Source of the DNA: Robiginitomaculum sp.
GTDB lineage: Bacteria; Pseudomonadota; Alphaproteobacteria; Caulobacterales; Maricaulaceae
DNA length: 64,000 bases
Assembly (NCBI GenBank): GCA_021776615.1
Contig: JAJFFO010000023.1
Location: 1 to 64,000, forward strand
Direction: 5' to 3'
Shown piece after piece: positions 49,872 through 60,194 of the stretch. The translations under genes and the position numbers were made by a program. A model generated the notes under the pieces. The model was not told where the DNA came from. It made no database searches and was given only the letters and a program-made list of their open reading frames with translations. Every line of letters begins with the position of its first letter. Position 1 is the first letter of the stretch.

Positions 49872-50988
49872 ATGCGCGCTGAATTGGAAACCCATGCCAA
49901 TAATATCAAGCAGTCGATTGAGCTGCTAAGGAGGCGTCTTTGACTGGGATACCGCCCAAAAACGCCTTGATGAATTAAACGCCCGCGCGGAAGCGCCGGA
50001 ATTTTGGGAAAACCCGGCGGCGGCGCAAAAGTTGATGCGCGAACGCAACCGCCTCGACAAGGCCATGAATGACGTCATCAGTATGCAAACTGATCTGGAT
50101 GACGCCATTGAACTGGCGCAAATGGCCGAAGAAGAAGTCGACGAAGAGTTGGACAAGGAAGTCAGTCAGGCGGTTGATGATCTGGTCAAACGCGCCCGCA
50201 CCGCAGAATTGGAAGCGTTATTGTCCGGTGAAGCGGATGCCAATGATGCGTTTGTTGAAATTCATGCCGGGGCAGGCGGTACCGAAAGCCAGGATTGGGC
50301 GTCGATGTTGCAACGTATGTATGCACGCTGGGCGCAGTCGCGGGGTTATAAGGTTGAACTGATTGAAGAGCAGGGCGGCGACGAGGCCGGGATTAAATCC
50401 TGCACCATGTTGTTTAAGGGCGAAAACGCCTTTGGCTGGGCCAAGACCGAAAGCGGCGTGCACCGTTTGGTGCGTATATCACCATTTGATTCCAGTGCCC
50501 GGCGGCATACCAGTTTTGCGTCGGTCTGGGTCTATCCTTTGGTCGATGACACCATCGATATTGCCATTGAAGACAAGGATGTGCGCACCGATACTTATCG
50601 TGCCAGTGGTGCGGGCGGCCAGCACATTAACAAGACCGACAGCGCCATTCGTCTGACCCATTTGCCCACCGGCATTGTTGTGCAATGTCAAAATGACCGG
50701 TCGCAACATAAAAACCGGGCCACGGCGTGGGATATGTTGCGCGCACGCCTTTATGAGCGTGAATTGGAAATCCGCGAGGCCGACGCACAGGCACAGGCCG
50801 ATTCCAAGTCGGAGATAGGCTGGGGCCACCAAATCCGTTCTTATGTTTTGCAGCCCTACCAAATGGTCAAGGATTTGCGCACCAATGTTGAGACCTCCAA
50901 TACCGGTGCGGTGCTGGATGGTGACTTGGATGCGTTTATGGCTGCGGCCCTGTCGCAGCGTGTCGGCGCCGAGGAAGCGAAAGAATAA
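49872..50988 (+). CDS. prfB: peptide chain release factor 2, expressed through a programmed +1 ribosomal frameshift at 49938-49944
   Basis: Frame 0 ATG at 49872 gives [23 protein letters not shown] then in-frame TGA; the +1 frame continues [25 protein letters not shown] into the ORF-track protein carrying SPF and GGQ motifs. Confidence 0.9.
49929..49944 (+). promoter_or_regulatory. prfB autoregulatory frameshift site: internal Shine-Dalgarno-like AGGAGG, then CGT CTT TGA C
   Basis: Exact CUU UGA C shifty stop preceded by AGGAGG three nucleotides upstream, the canonical RF2 recoding signal. Confidence 0.88.
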
Positions 50989-51003
50989 GCCTTGCGGAAG
51001 GTA

Positions 51004-51960
51004 TTAGCGTGGGTTTTGCAGCCGCAGGATAATCTCGACACGCCGGTTCTGGGCGCGACTAAGATCATTAGCATTACTGGCCATGGGGCTTAGCGGGCCA
51101 ACGCCTGATGCAAACAAGCGCTTGGACACAACACCGTGGTCGGTAACCAGCGCATCGCGTACGGCGGCGGCGCGATTGTGCGACAACTTCATGTTGAAAT
51201 CATAATCACCGGTGTCATCGGTATGGCCAACAATGTAGAAATTCTGCTGCGGTAATTCCTTGAGATAAGTGGCGATTACAAGCAAAGCGGCTTCGGATTT
51301 CTGTTTCAGGCTGGCGCTGCCAGTGTCAAAATACAAATCATAGATTGTGGCTTTTCCGGTCGCGGCTATGGCCGCACGCAGGGCGTCCAGTTCAAGAACA
51401 ACGGTGCCGGTCTCCATGGGCGTAACGCCGAGGGTGTCAATAATATAGAGGTCGTTTCGTCGCCCGATAAGCACGGCGATGTAAACTTCCATACCGTCTT
51501 TTTGTTGTTTGGCGGCGAGATAATAATCGGTGAAATTACCAACGCTGTTTTGTGTGGTGTTGGCCACGTCCTGGCCATTAAGGGTGTATTGTCGGGTTTT
51601 CAGTCCGTTGGCCTCGGGTTTGGATAAATCACGCACAAGACGAGTGACATCGTTCGTCCCTTTTTCGCGGGCGGCAATGATTTCAAAACCTGCCGCTGTT
51701 AGCTCGTTTTGATAGCTGCGAAAAACTTCCAATGGGCTTTTTGTGGTGGGTTTTCGCAGGATGCGGCTTTGCAAACTGCCTTCCACGGTGACAATTTTCC
51801 CGGAATCAAGACCGCCAATGGCCAAGTGTGCAGTTTCAAATTCGGCGCTATATTGCCCGATTAATTCACTGTCTTTAAACGCGGAAACCAGATTTTGTGC
51901 ATTGGAATTCGTCGCTGCCATGAGGCAGACGCCGACCATAAAATATAGCAATGTTCGCAT
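51004..51960 (-). CDS. OmpA-family protein (signal peptide, N-terminal domain of unknown function, C-terminal OmpA peptidoglycan-binding domain)
   Basis: C-terminal OmpA_C motifs (IVGHTDDTGDYDFNMKLSHNRAAAV, NRRVEI); start trimmed to MRTLLYF. Confidence 0.8.
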   Translation of the reverse strand: MRTLLYFMVGVCLMAATNSNAQNLVSAFKDSELIGQYSAEFETAHLAIGGLDSGKIVTVEGSLQSRILRKPTTKSPLEVFRSYQNELTAAGFEIIAAREKGTNDVTRLVRDLSKPEANGLKTRQYTLNGQDVANTTQNSVGNFTDYYLAAKQQKDGMEVYIAVLIGRRNDLYIIDTLGVTPMETGTVVLELDALRAAIAATGKATIYDLYFDTGSASLKQKSEAALLVIATYLKELPQQNFYIVGHTDDTGDYDFNMKLSHNRAAAVRDALVTDHGVVSKRLFASGVGPLSPMASNANDLSRAQNRRVEIILRLQNPR

Positions 51961-51992
51961 GAAATTCCCCAATCCTGCCGGGGTATTATAGG

Positions 51993-53222
51993 CTAAAGCC
52001 CTTGTTTTTTCAATGCGCGTTCATTTTTGCCAATAAAGTCGCGGGTAATCGGCACGTCGTCACGCTCATGGCTTAGGATAAGGTGGAAGTTCATATTGGT
52101 GCCATAGCGAAAGCCCAAAGCTACGCCGGTTAAATAGAATTCCCACATACGGCAAAAGCGTTCGTCATATAGCTTTAGGGCATCGTCCCAATGGTCCAGA
52201 AACCGTTCGCGCCAATGCATGATGGTGTGGTAATAATGCAAGCGCCAGACTTCGCAATCATCAACCCACAGGCCGACTTTTTCGACGGCCGCAAAGGCTT
52301 CTGAGATGGACGGGGAATAGCCGCCCGGGAAAATGTATTTACGGATAAAGGCGTTGGTAGCACCGGGCGGGTTTTGCCGACCAATGGAATGGATCACCGC
52401 CCGTCCACCGGGTTTAAGCAGGCTTTGAATGGCGCGAAAATACTCTTCCAAATGCTGCGCGCCAACATGCTCGATCATGCCCACCGAAACAATGCGGTCG
52501 TATTTTTGGCTGACTTCGCGATAATCCTGATACTCAAACTTGGCGCGCTGGCTCAGGCCTGCTTCTTCAGCGCGGGCATTGGCGACGCGTAATTGTTCTT
52601 TGGCCAGCGCAATGCCGGTAATTTTTACGTCGGCCACTTTGGCGAGATAAAGCCCCATACCGCCCCAGCCACAGCCGATGTCCAGCACGTCCATGCCGTC
52701 TTTCAGGTCCAGTTTGGCGGCAATGCGACGTTTTTTGGCAATTTGCGCCTCTTCCAGCGTGTCCTTTTCGGGATTGGTGAAGTAGCCGCACGAATACTGC
52801 ATGTCTTCGTCCAAAAACATCCGGTATAATTCTTCGGTGAGGTCGTAATGGTGCGCGGCATTTTCGCGTGATTTTGCGATAGGGTTGAACTCGTGAAAAC
52901 GCTTCAAGGCTTTGCGCGTGCGGCGCACGACATTCTGGATCGGGTGTTTTTTGAAATTGCTGGAATTCATCACCATCAAGGTGAGAAAATCCAGCAACGT
53001 ATTGCCTTCTTCAAACAATAAAGTGCCATCCATGTAGGCTTCGGCAGCGGCGATGTCGGGCTTGAAAGCCAGGCGATTATAAACTTTGGGGTCGGTTATG
53101 CGAATGGTCACCACCGGCTCGGCCGGCGTGCCGGCAAAGGTGTGGGTCTGTCCCTGATGGTCACGCACATGCAGCGTGCCTTGCGAGATAAGTTTAGTGA
53201 GAAGTGTCGATAACAAAAACAT
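51993..53222 (-). CDS. cfa: cyclopropane-fatty-acyl-phospholipid synthase
   Basis: SAM-dependent methyltransferase motif VLDIGCGWGG and CFA synthase C-terminal region. Confidence 0.85.
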   Translation of the reverse strand: MFLLSTLLTKLISQGTLHVRDHQGQTHTFAGTPAEPVVTIRITDPKVYNRLAFKPDIAAAEAYMDGTLLFEEGNTLLDFLTLMVMNSSNFKKHPIQNVVRRTRKALKRFHEFNPIAKSRENAAHHYDLTEELYRMFLDEDMQYSCGYFTNPEKDTLEEAQIAKKRRIAAKLDLKDGMDVLDIGCGWGGMGLYLAKVADVKITGIALAKEQLRVANARAEEAGLSQRAKFEYQDYREVSQKYDRIVSVGMIEHVGAQHLEEYFRAIQSLLKPGGRAVIHSIGRQNPPGATNAFIRKYIFPGGYSPSISEAFAAVEKVGLWVDDCEVWRLHYYHTIMHWRERFLDHWDDALKLYDERFCRMWEFYLTGVALGFRYGTNMNFHLILSHERDDVPITRDFIGKNERALKKQGL

Positions 53223-53328
53223 TTAAGCGGCCCCATAGGTGATTTATTCGCGCACCATAGCCAGCGGTTTCGCCTTTGTGCAGGGGGACACGCAGAATTG
53301 ATGCGAAAAACTCTTTCTCCAGTGGGAA

Positions 53329-54906
53329 TTATTTTCCCGCTTCGGGCACGCCATCGACAAGCCGCGAAATGTGCAGGGGATTGCCGTGCTTCAGCGCCGC
53401 GGGCAACAGGCCGTCTGGCAGGTTCTCATAACATACTGGCCGCAAAAACCTCTCAATGGCTAACGTGCCGACTGAAGTTGTGCGACTGTCCGATGTGGCC
53501 GGGAACGGCCCGCCATGAACCATTGCCGGGCACACTTCAACGCCGGTGGGCCAGCCATTGACCAAAATACGCCCGGCTTTGCGTTCCAGTATTGGTAATA
53601 GGCTTGCTGCCTCTTGTCGGTCGGCGGTCTGCATATGCAAGGTGGCGGTCAACTGCCCCTCCAGACCTTCCAACACGGCGCGTAATTGCTGCACATCTTC
53701 GCAGCGCACCACGAGTGAACAGGCACCAAAAACTTCCTGCAAGAGGGTTGCATCGGCCAAGACCGCTGCCGCCGCAACCTCAAAAAGCGCGCCATGGCAG
53801 GCATTGGTGCCATCGCTTGGTTGTGCTTCGCCAAGGGCCGTGACCGCAAGGTGCGCGGCCATGGCGGCTTTGCCTGCTTCATAGGCGCTATGAATGCCGC
53901 TGGTTAGCATGCAGGCTGGGGCAGATTGCGCCAAAGCGGCGGCAGCGGCGGCGCTGAACCGGTCGAGGGCCGGGCTATCCAGCGCGATAATCAGGCCCGG
54001 ATTGGTGCAAAATTGGCCAGCGCCCATGGTTAGCGAGCCAATGAAGGCATTCCCGAGTTCTTCGGCATCCTGTTCCAACGCGGCGGGCAATAAAATTACC
54101 GGATTTACGCTACTCATTTCCGCAAACACCGGTATCGGTTCCGGTCGCCCGTTGGCAAGGGCGAACAATGCCAGGCCACCATTTCGTGAACCAGTAAAGC
54201 CAACCGCTTTGATGCTTGGGTTTTGGACTAATGTGGCGCCGGTTTCTTCATCGCCATGCAGTAATGAAAACACCCCGTCGGGCATGCCGCTCTGTTTGGC
54301 GGCGGCGATAACCGCACTGGCTACCAAAGCCGAGGTGCCGGGGTGGGCCGGATGGCCTTTAACGACCACCGGACAGCCAGCGGCGAGGGCCGAGGCGGTG
54401 TCGCCGCCGGCCACGGAAAATGCCAATGGGAAATTGCTGGCGCCAAAAATCGCGACCGGGCCGATGGCGATTTTGCGTTGGCGCAAATCACGGCGCGGCA
54501 AAGGCTGGCGCTCTGGCATGGCATGGTCAACGCGCACGCTTTGCCAATCGCCGGCACGCAAATGTGCGGCAAAGGCGTTTAACTGGCCCATGGTGCGCCC
54601 GCGTTCGCCCTCCAGCCGAGGCCGTGGCAGGCCGGTTTCGGCCATGGCCCGTTCAATCAGCACATCACCAAGCGCCAAAATTTCGTCGGCAATGGCTTGC
54701 AAGAAAGCCGCACGGTCTTGCGAGCTGGTTTCGCGATAGGCGTCAAAAGCGGCGTCGGCCAAAGCACAAGCTTGCGCAATTTGTGGCTCTTTCGCCATAC
54801 AGAATGATGGTGCCAGAACTTCGCCAGTCGCCGGGTTTCGACCCTGAAATTGATGCGGGGTGGTGACTTGTTGGGCTCCGATAAAAAGCGCGCCGGTAAT
54901 GCTCAT
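53329..54906 (-). CDS. alpha-ketoglutaric semialdehyde (2,5-dioxovalerate) dehydrogenase, ALDH family
   Basis: 525-aa ALDH of the KGSADH subfamily (N-terminus [12 protein letters not shown]..., catalytic Glu/Cys regions); sits in the hydroxyproline cluster. Confidence 0.8.
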   Translation of the reverse strand: MSITGALFIGAQQVTTPHQFQGRNPATGEVLAPSFCMAKEPQIAQACALADAAFDAYRETSSQDRAAFLQAIADEILALGDVLIERAMAETGLPRPRLEGERGRTMGQLNAFAAHLRAGDWQSVRVDHAMPERQPLPRRDLRQRKIAIGPVAIFGASNFPLAFSVAGGDTASALAAGCPVVVKGHPAHPGTSALVASAVIAAAKQSGMPDGVFSLLHGDEETGATLVQNPSIKAVGFTGSRNGGLALFALANGRPEPIPVFAEMSSVNPVILLPAALEQDAEELGNAFIGSLTMGAGQFCTNPGLIIALDSPALDRFSAAAAAALAQSAPACMLTSGIHSAYEAGKAAMAAHLAVTALGEAQPSDGTNACHGALFEVAAAAVLADATLLQEVFGACSLVVRCEDVQQLRAVLEGLEGQLTATLHMQTADRQEAASLLPILERKAGRILVNGWPTGVEVCPAMVHGGPFPATSDSRTTSVGTLAIERFLRPVCYENLPDGLLPAALKHGNPLHISRLVDGVPEAGK

Positions 54907-54948
54907 AATGTCCTCATTGAATGTGCTGGGGGTGAAGCGACGCTTTGC

Positions 54949-55677
54949 TCATAATTGCGCGCGTAAATCACTTAAGGTTTGTTGCAAATGCTGGGTGATC
55001 AACAAATCGACCTTGTCGCCGTGCTTTGCCAGCCAATGGTCGAGAATGTCGCGATGTTCCTTGGCCGCGCGGGCGCTGCGATTATGCGGCTCCAAATGCT
55101 TGCGCACATAGCGATCAGCCAATACGTGCAGGCGCATGACCAGTTCAGCGGTAACCTTGGCACCGCCGGGACTGACCAGTGAGAGATGAAATGCGCGGTT
55201 GAGGGCGCTGGCCCCCGGGCCATGATTGGCGGTTTCCCGGTTCAGGTTTTCAAGCATGTTTTGGGCATAGGCCTGTTCATCATGGGTGGCCAATATACAG
55301 GCTTTGGCGGCGGCATCGGGTTCAATTTTCAGACGCAAGGCGAAAACCTCTTCCGCTTCCTCTGCCACAAGCGGGCGCACAAAATAGCCCCGATTGGCCG
55401 CCGACGACACCAAGCCGTCTTGTTCCAGACGCGCCAGTGCCTCGCGCAAGGGTACTTTGCTTACCCGCAATTGCGCGGCCAGAGCATCTTGGCGAATGGC
55501 CATGCCCGGCGCGATTTCACCGGCCAGAATCAAATCGCGCACCACATCGCCCAAGCGGTCAGAAATGGTCCGAACTTCGAAATTGCTGTTGGGAGTAGGG
55601 GGCAATGCTCTGTCCTTTAATCTGCTCATCAGGTGACTTGAAAACCGCGCCAATGGGCGTCGTCGCGGTCGACCCAA
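54949..55677 (-). CDS. GntR-family (FadR/FCD subfamily) transcriptional regulator, probable hydroxyproline-cluster regulator
   Basis: N-terminal wHTH (IRQDALAAQLRVSKVPLREAL) and FCD-like C-terminal domain; true start may be the internal Met close to the epimerase stop. Confidence 0.8.
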   Translation of the reverse strand: MGRPRRRPLARFSSHLMSRLKDRALPPTPNSNFEVRTISDRLGDVVRDLILAGEIAPGMAIRQDALAAQLRVSKVPLREALARLEQDGLVSSAANRGYFVRPLVAEEAEEVFALRLKIEPDAAAKACILATHDEQAYAQNMLENLNRETANHGPGASALNRAFHLSLVSPGGAKVTAELVMRLHVLADRYVRKHLEPHNRSARAAKEHRDILDHWLAKHGDKVDLLITQHLQQTLSDLRAQL

Positions 55678-56627
55678 AGGGTGTTAAACCCGGTGGCGAT
55701 GGCCGACCCTTCAATGGATGGGATGATGGCCTCAAAATCGCCAAGCATGGTGGTGTCCTCAACCCGGCCAACAAAGCGGCTGCCAATATAGCTTTCGCTG
55801 ACATAGGGATCGCCTTGGCCGAGTTTTCCCTTGGCGGCCAATTGCGCCATACGCGCCGAGGTGCCGGTGCCGCACGGGCTGCGGTCTATGGCGCTTTGCC
55901 CGTAAAATACCGCGTTTCGCCCATCCACGTCGTCGTTATTGGGTGCGTCCGCCCACAAAACATGCGACACGCCTTCAATACTGCTCTCTACCGGATGCAC
56001 CGGATGAAAGGCGTCTTGCACCAATTGGCGCACGATTGGGCTTAGTTTTAATATGCCGTCAGCCCCCAGAGCATCCAGACCCGTATAGCGTCCTTGCGGT
56101 TCAACAATGGCGTAATAATTGCCGCCATAGGCGACATCGACACGTAATGGCCCAAAACCCGGCACCTCAATGGCGATGTCGGTGGCAGCTAAATAGCTGG
56201 CGACATTGCGCAGCCGCACCCAGCTGACTTGGCCATTGTCCTCGCCATAACTGACTTCAATAATCCCGGCGGGGACTTCAACTCGCAAAGTGCCCGGATT
56301 TCGCGGCTGAATAAGCCCGTTTTCCAGCCCAAAGGTGATGATGCCAATACTGCCATGGCCGCACATGGGCAGGCAGCCAGAGGTTTCCATAAACAAAATA
56401 CCAATGTCGGCATCGTCTTGGGTGGGCGAGTAGAGAAAACCGCCGGACATAATGTCATGCCCGCGCGGCTCAAAACACAGGCTGGTGCGAATCCAGTCGA
56501 AGCGTGCCAGAAAATCCATTCGCCTTTGGGCCATGTTCTGGCCACGCAAAAGCGGTGCGCCGCCCGCCACCAGACGCACCGGATTGCCCCCGGTATGGCC
56601 ATCAATGCAAAAGAAAGTATGGCGCAT
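55629..56627 (-). CDS. 4-hydroxyproline 2-epimerase (proline racemase family, Cys/Cys type)
   Basis: Proline-racemase family with both catalytic Cys present (SGCLPMCGHGS and DRSPCGTGTSA), indicating epimerase rather than Thr-containing dehydratase. Confidence 0.8.
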   Translation of the reverse strand: MRHTFFCIDGHTGGNPVRLVAGGAPLLRGQNMAQRRMDFLARFDWIRTSLCFEPRGHDIMSGGFLYSPTQDDADIGILFMETSGCLPMCGHGSIGIITFGLENGLIQPRNPGTLRVEVPAGIIEVSYGEDNGQVSWVRLRNVASYLAATDIAIEVPGFGPLRVDVAYGGNYYAIVEPQGRYTGLDALGADGILKLSPIVRQLVQDAFHPVHPVESSIEGVSHVLWADAPNNDDVDGRNAVFYGQSAIDRSPCGTGTSARMAQLAAKGKLGQGDPYVSESYIGSRFVGRVEDTTMLGDFEAIIPSIEGSAIATGFNTLWVDRDDAHWRGFQVT

Positions 56628-56638
56628 CCCGCTTGCCT

Positions 56639-57607
56639 CTAGGCGGCCAGCGCTTTTTGCACGGCGGCGCTAGGACGCGTTGCGGCAGCATCCTCAACCA
56701 TTTTGGTCACTTGCGCGCGCCGCGCACCGGCAAGTGGCATACGCGGCATACGCACCCGTTCAGAACCGCGGCCCATAATCTGTTCGGCCAATTTGATGGA
56801 TTGCACCAGATCATGTTCGGCGTCCAAATGCAGCAGCGGCATAAACCAGCGGTAAATCTCAAGGGCGCTTTGCATATCGCCGTGGCGCAAGGCCGCGACC
56901 AAAGCGATGGATTCTTGCGGGAAAGCATTGGTCAGGCCGGAAACCCAACCCTGAGCGCCCAGCATCAGGCCTTCAAGGGCAACATCGTCGAGCCCTGCCA
57001 TAACGATATAGCGCTCACCCATGGCGTTAATAACATCGGTAATCCGGCGCGAATCCGGTGCGCTTTCCTTAATCGCAACAATATTGGGCACATCCGCCAA
57101 GGCTTCCAACACGCTGATTTCGATATTCACCCGATAGGCGGGCGGGTTATTATACAGCATGATTGGCAGGCTGGTCGCCGCCGCAACGGCGCGAATATGG
57201 GCAATTAATTCCTCAGCCGAAGGCACGTAGACCATGGCCGGCAGGACCATTAGCCCATCAACGCCAATCTCTTGCGCGTCGCGGGCATAAGCCACGGCCA
57301 AATCTGTGGTCAATTCGGAAACGCCGGTAATGATCGGCACCCGGCCATTATTAGTTTGGACACCGACACGCAAAACATCACGCTTTTCGCTGGCGGTGAG
57401 AGAATTGTTCTCGCCCACCGTGCCCAATAGCACCAGACCATCGACACCGTCTTCGATAAGAGCGTCTTGCACCCGCCCGGTAGCCGCTAAATCAACCGCC
57501 ATGTCGGCGCTAAACTGTGTTGTCGCCGCCGGAAAAACGCCTGACCAATCTGGCTTCGCGGCTTTGCCCGCTTCATTGTTCATTTTTCTCACTCCTGCAC
57601 TTTTCAT
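56639..57607 (-). CDS. DapA-family lyase, probable 1-pyrroline-4-hydroxy-2-carboxylate deaminase
   Basis: DHDPS/NAL fold (GTVGE, Schiff-base Lys region) located between Hyp epimerase and D-Hyp oxidase genes. Confidence 0.7.
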   Translation of the reverse strand: MKSAGVRKMNNEAGKAAKPDWSGVFPAATTQFSADMAVDLAATGRVQDALIEDGVDGLVLLGTVGENNSLTASEKRDVLRVGVQTNNGRVPIITGVSELTTDLAVAYARDAQEIGVDGLMVLPAMVYVPSAEELIAHIRAVAAATSLPIMLYNNPPAYRVNIEISVLEALADVPNIVAIKESAPDSRRITDVINAMGERYIVMAGLDDVALEGLMLGAQGWVSGLTNAFPQESIALVAALRHGDMQSALEIYRWFMPLLHLDAEHDLVQSIKLAEQIMGRGSERVRMPRMPLAGARRAQVTKMVEDAAATRPSAAVQKALAA

Positions 57608-57671
57608 TTCGTATACTATATACGATAATCATTGCAAGCGAAATTAGAAGTGTGAGAGTTGAGGGCGTGGT

Positions 57672-58916
57672 GTGGGCGCAAAACCGGTCATTATCATCGG
57701 CGGCGGCATTATTGGTTTGACCTGCGGTGTCGCTTTACAACAAAGCGGCGTGGACGTGGTCATTATTGATGGGGATGTCGCCTATGAAGCCCCGTCATGG
57801 GGCAATGCTGGCCATATCGGCGTCGAACAGACGAGGCCTTTGGCTTCGCCCGCCGGGGTGAAGCATGGCTTGAGGCAGATATTCTCATCGCGTTCTGCGG
57901 CGTCTTTCCCCCTACAACATGTCGGCACTTGGGGTCCGTTTATGGCGCGGTTGTTGTGCGCCTCCACGCCAAAACGTTCCAGAGCGAGCGAATTGGCGCT
58001 TGGTGGATTGCTGGCACAGGCCATGCCTGCATGGCGACAAATGTGCACCGATATTGGTGTGCCAAACCTGTTGCGCGAAGATGGACATTATGAGCTATGG
58101 GAAAGCGTTAAAACAGTGGCACGCGGCGAAGAAAATTGGGCCAGTAATAAAGCCCCAAGCGCCGCTTTCAGCCGGGTTTCGCGGCCCCAGTTAAAAACCT
58201 TGCAAACCATGGTAAAGCCGCCATTGGTGGGCGGCATTCGCTTTACCCATAGCGGACAGGTTATGGATTTAGCGGCTTTGCGCGGGGCACTTCAGCGCGC
58301 ATTTACGCAAGCGGGCGGTGTGATAAAGCGCGCCAAAGTGCGTGCGCTACAACACAATGGCGGACGCGCCGGCGTAGTATGTGATGATGGCACTCAAATG
58401 ATGGCAGGCCGCATTTTGGTGGCGGCGGGGATTGGTTCTGGCGCTTTGCTGCGCCCATGGGGGCATAAGGTGCCGCTGATTGCCGAAAATGGCTATCACA
58501 TTGAGGGCGATGCGCCCGCATGGCCGGTTAATTCACCGCCCATGGTGTTTGGCGACCGGGCCTTAATTGTCACCCGCTTTGAAACCCGCGTGCGTATGGT
58601 CAGTTTTGTTGAATTTACCGGCCATAGCAGCCCGCCAGACCCGCGCAAATGGGCGCAATTGCGCCGCCATGCGCAAGAGATTGGCCTAAAGTTTGAGGGC
58701 GAGGTGCGCGAATGGAGGGGGGCGCGCCCAACCTTGCCGGATTATCTGCCCGCCATTGGCAAAAGCGAAAAAGTGCCTGACCTGTATTATGCGTTTGGCC
58801 ATCAGCATTTAGGACTAACCATGGCCGCGGTAACGGCTAATTTAATGGCAGCGCTGATGACAGACAAAACCCCGCCGCTTAACCTTGGGCCATTCGATAT
58901 TACCCGTTTTTCCTGA
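57672..58916 (+). CDS. FAD-dependent oxidoreductase (DAO family), probable D-hydroxyproline dehydrogenase/oxidase
   Basis: N-terminal FAD-binding GGGIIG motif, DAO-family length and composition; context with epimerase and deaminase. Confidence 0.7.
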   Translation: MGAKPVIIIGGGIIGLTCGVALQQSGVDVVIIDGDVAYEAPSWGNAGHIGVEQTRPLASPAGVKHGLRQIFSSRSAASFPLQHVGTWGPFMARLLCASTPKRSRASELALGGLLAQAMPAWRQMCTDIGVPNLLREDGHYELWESVKTVARGEENWASNKAPSAAFSRVSRPQLKTLQTMVKPPLVGGIRFTHSGQVMDLAALRGALQRAFTQAGGVIKRAKVRALQHNGGRAGVVCDDGTQMMAGRILVAAGIGSGALLRPWGHKVPLIAENGYHIEGDAPAWPVNSPPMVFGDRALIVTRFETRVRMVSFVEFTGHSSPPDPRKWAQLRRHAQEIGLKFEGEVREWRGARPTLPDYLPAIGKSEKVPDLYYAFGHQHLGLTMAAVTANLMAALMTDKTPPLNLGPFDITRFS

Positions 58917-58935
58917 ATATCAAGGATATTGCCTC

Positions 58936-60132
58936 ATGACCAAAGGAATTGGCGGCTCCACCGCCGCCGCGCAATTGCAGACACTTCAACCATGGGCCAG
59001 TCCGGCCCCGGCAATTGCCGTCAGTGAATACGAGGCGCGGCTGGAAAAAGCCCGGGCGCTAATGGCGACGCAGGACGTTGATGCTTTGGTCGTCGGGGCA
59101 GGGGCCAGCTTGCGCTATTTCTCCCGCGTGGCATGGGGTGCGACGGAACGGCTGGTGGCGATGATTTTACCCAAAGCGGGCAAGCCGATTTTTATCTGCC
59201 CGGCGTTTGAAGAGGGGACATTATTGGCCTCGTTGGCGATTGAGGCCGATATCCGATGTTGGGAAGAAGACCATGATCCTTATGCGCTTGCGGCAGCGTG
59301 TCTGAAGGAATTAGGGGCCGGGAAAACGGCTGTTGATCCGGCCATGGCATTTTCTATGGTGGGTCGCCTTAGCGGTCACTTTGGCAAGGCTTTTGTGGAT
59401 GCCAGTGCAATTGTCGACGGGTGCCGTAGTTGTAAAACTACCACCGAATTGGCGCTTATGCAGCAGGCGAAATCGATGACGCTGGAAGTGCACCGGCGCG
59501 CCGCTTTGATGTTGCAACCGGGCGTTAGCGCTACTGCCGTGCGGCGCTTTATTGAAGACGCACACCGAAAATTGGGCGCGGCCGGTTCGTCGTTTTGCAT
59601 TGTGTTGTTTGGCGAGGCGACAAGTTATCCGCACGGCGTACCCGGTGAGCTTTATTTAAAAGAAGGCGATATGGTGCTTATCGACACCGGCTGTCTCGTT
59701 GAGGGTTATAATTCTGATATTACCCGCAGCTATGTGTACGGCGAAGCAACGGCGGCGCAGCGCCAATATTGGCAATGGGAACACGGCGCGCAGGCCGCCG
59801 CCTTTGCCGCGGCAAAGCCGGGCGTGCCGTGCGAGAATGTTGATCAGGCCGCTCGCGATTATCTGGAAAAAAATGGCATGGGGCCGGATTATACGCTGCC
59901 CGGCCTGCCGCACCGTACTGGCCATGGTATTGGTCTTAGCATCCATGAAGCGCCATATTTGGTGCGCGGCGACAAAACCCCCTTGGCACCGGGCATGTGT
60001 TTTAGCAATGAGCCGATGGTTGTGGTGCCGGGGCAGTTCGGCATTCGTCTGGAAGATCACTTTTATATGGCCGAAGACGGGCCTGTCTGGTTTACGGAGC
60101 CGTCACCAAGCATCGAAGCTCCCTTTGGATAA
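58936..60132 (+). CDS. M24-family metallopeptidase (Xaa-Pro dipeptidase/prolidase or creatinase-like)
   Basis: Creatinase N-domain followed by pita-bread fold with metal ligands (D in VLIDTG, H in HRTGHGIG, E in SNEP and RLED); start trimmed to MTKGIG. Confidence 0.75.
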   Translation: MTKGIGGSTAAAQLQTLQPWASPAPAIAVSEYEARLEKARALMATQDVDALVVGAGASLRYFSRVAWGATERLVAMILPKAGKPIFICPAFEEGTLLASLAIEADIRCWEEDHDPYALAAACLKELGAGKTAVDPAMAFSMVGRLSGHFGKAFVDASAIVDGCRSCKTTTELALMQQAKSMTLEVHRRAALMLQPGVSATAVRRFIEDAHRKLGAAGSSFCIVLFGEATSYPHGVPGELYLKEGDMVLIDTGCLVEGYNSDITRSYVYGEATAAQRQYWQWEHGAQAAAFAAAKPGVPCENVDQAARDYLEKNGMGPDYTLPGLPHRTGHGIGLSIHEAPYLVRGDKTPLAPGMCFSNEPMVVVPGQFGIRLEDHFYMAEDGPVWFTEPSPSIEAPFG

Positions 60133-60194
60133 ATTTGCTGCTTTCTTTGGTGCTGCAAAAGGGATATGAAAAACAAAAATCAAGGGGTTATGAA

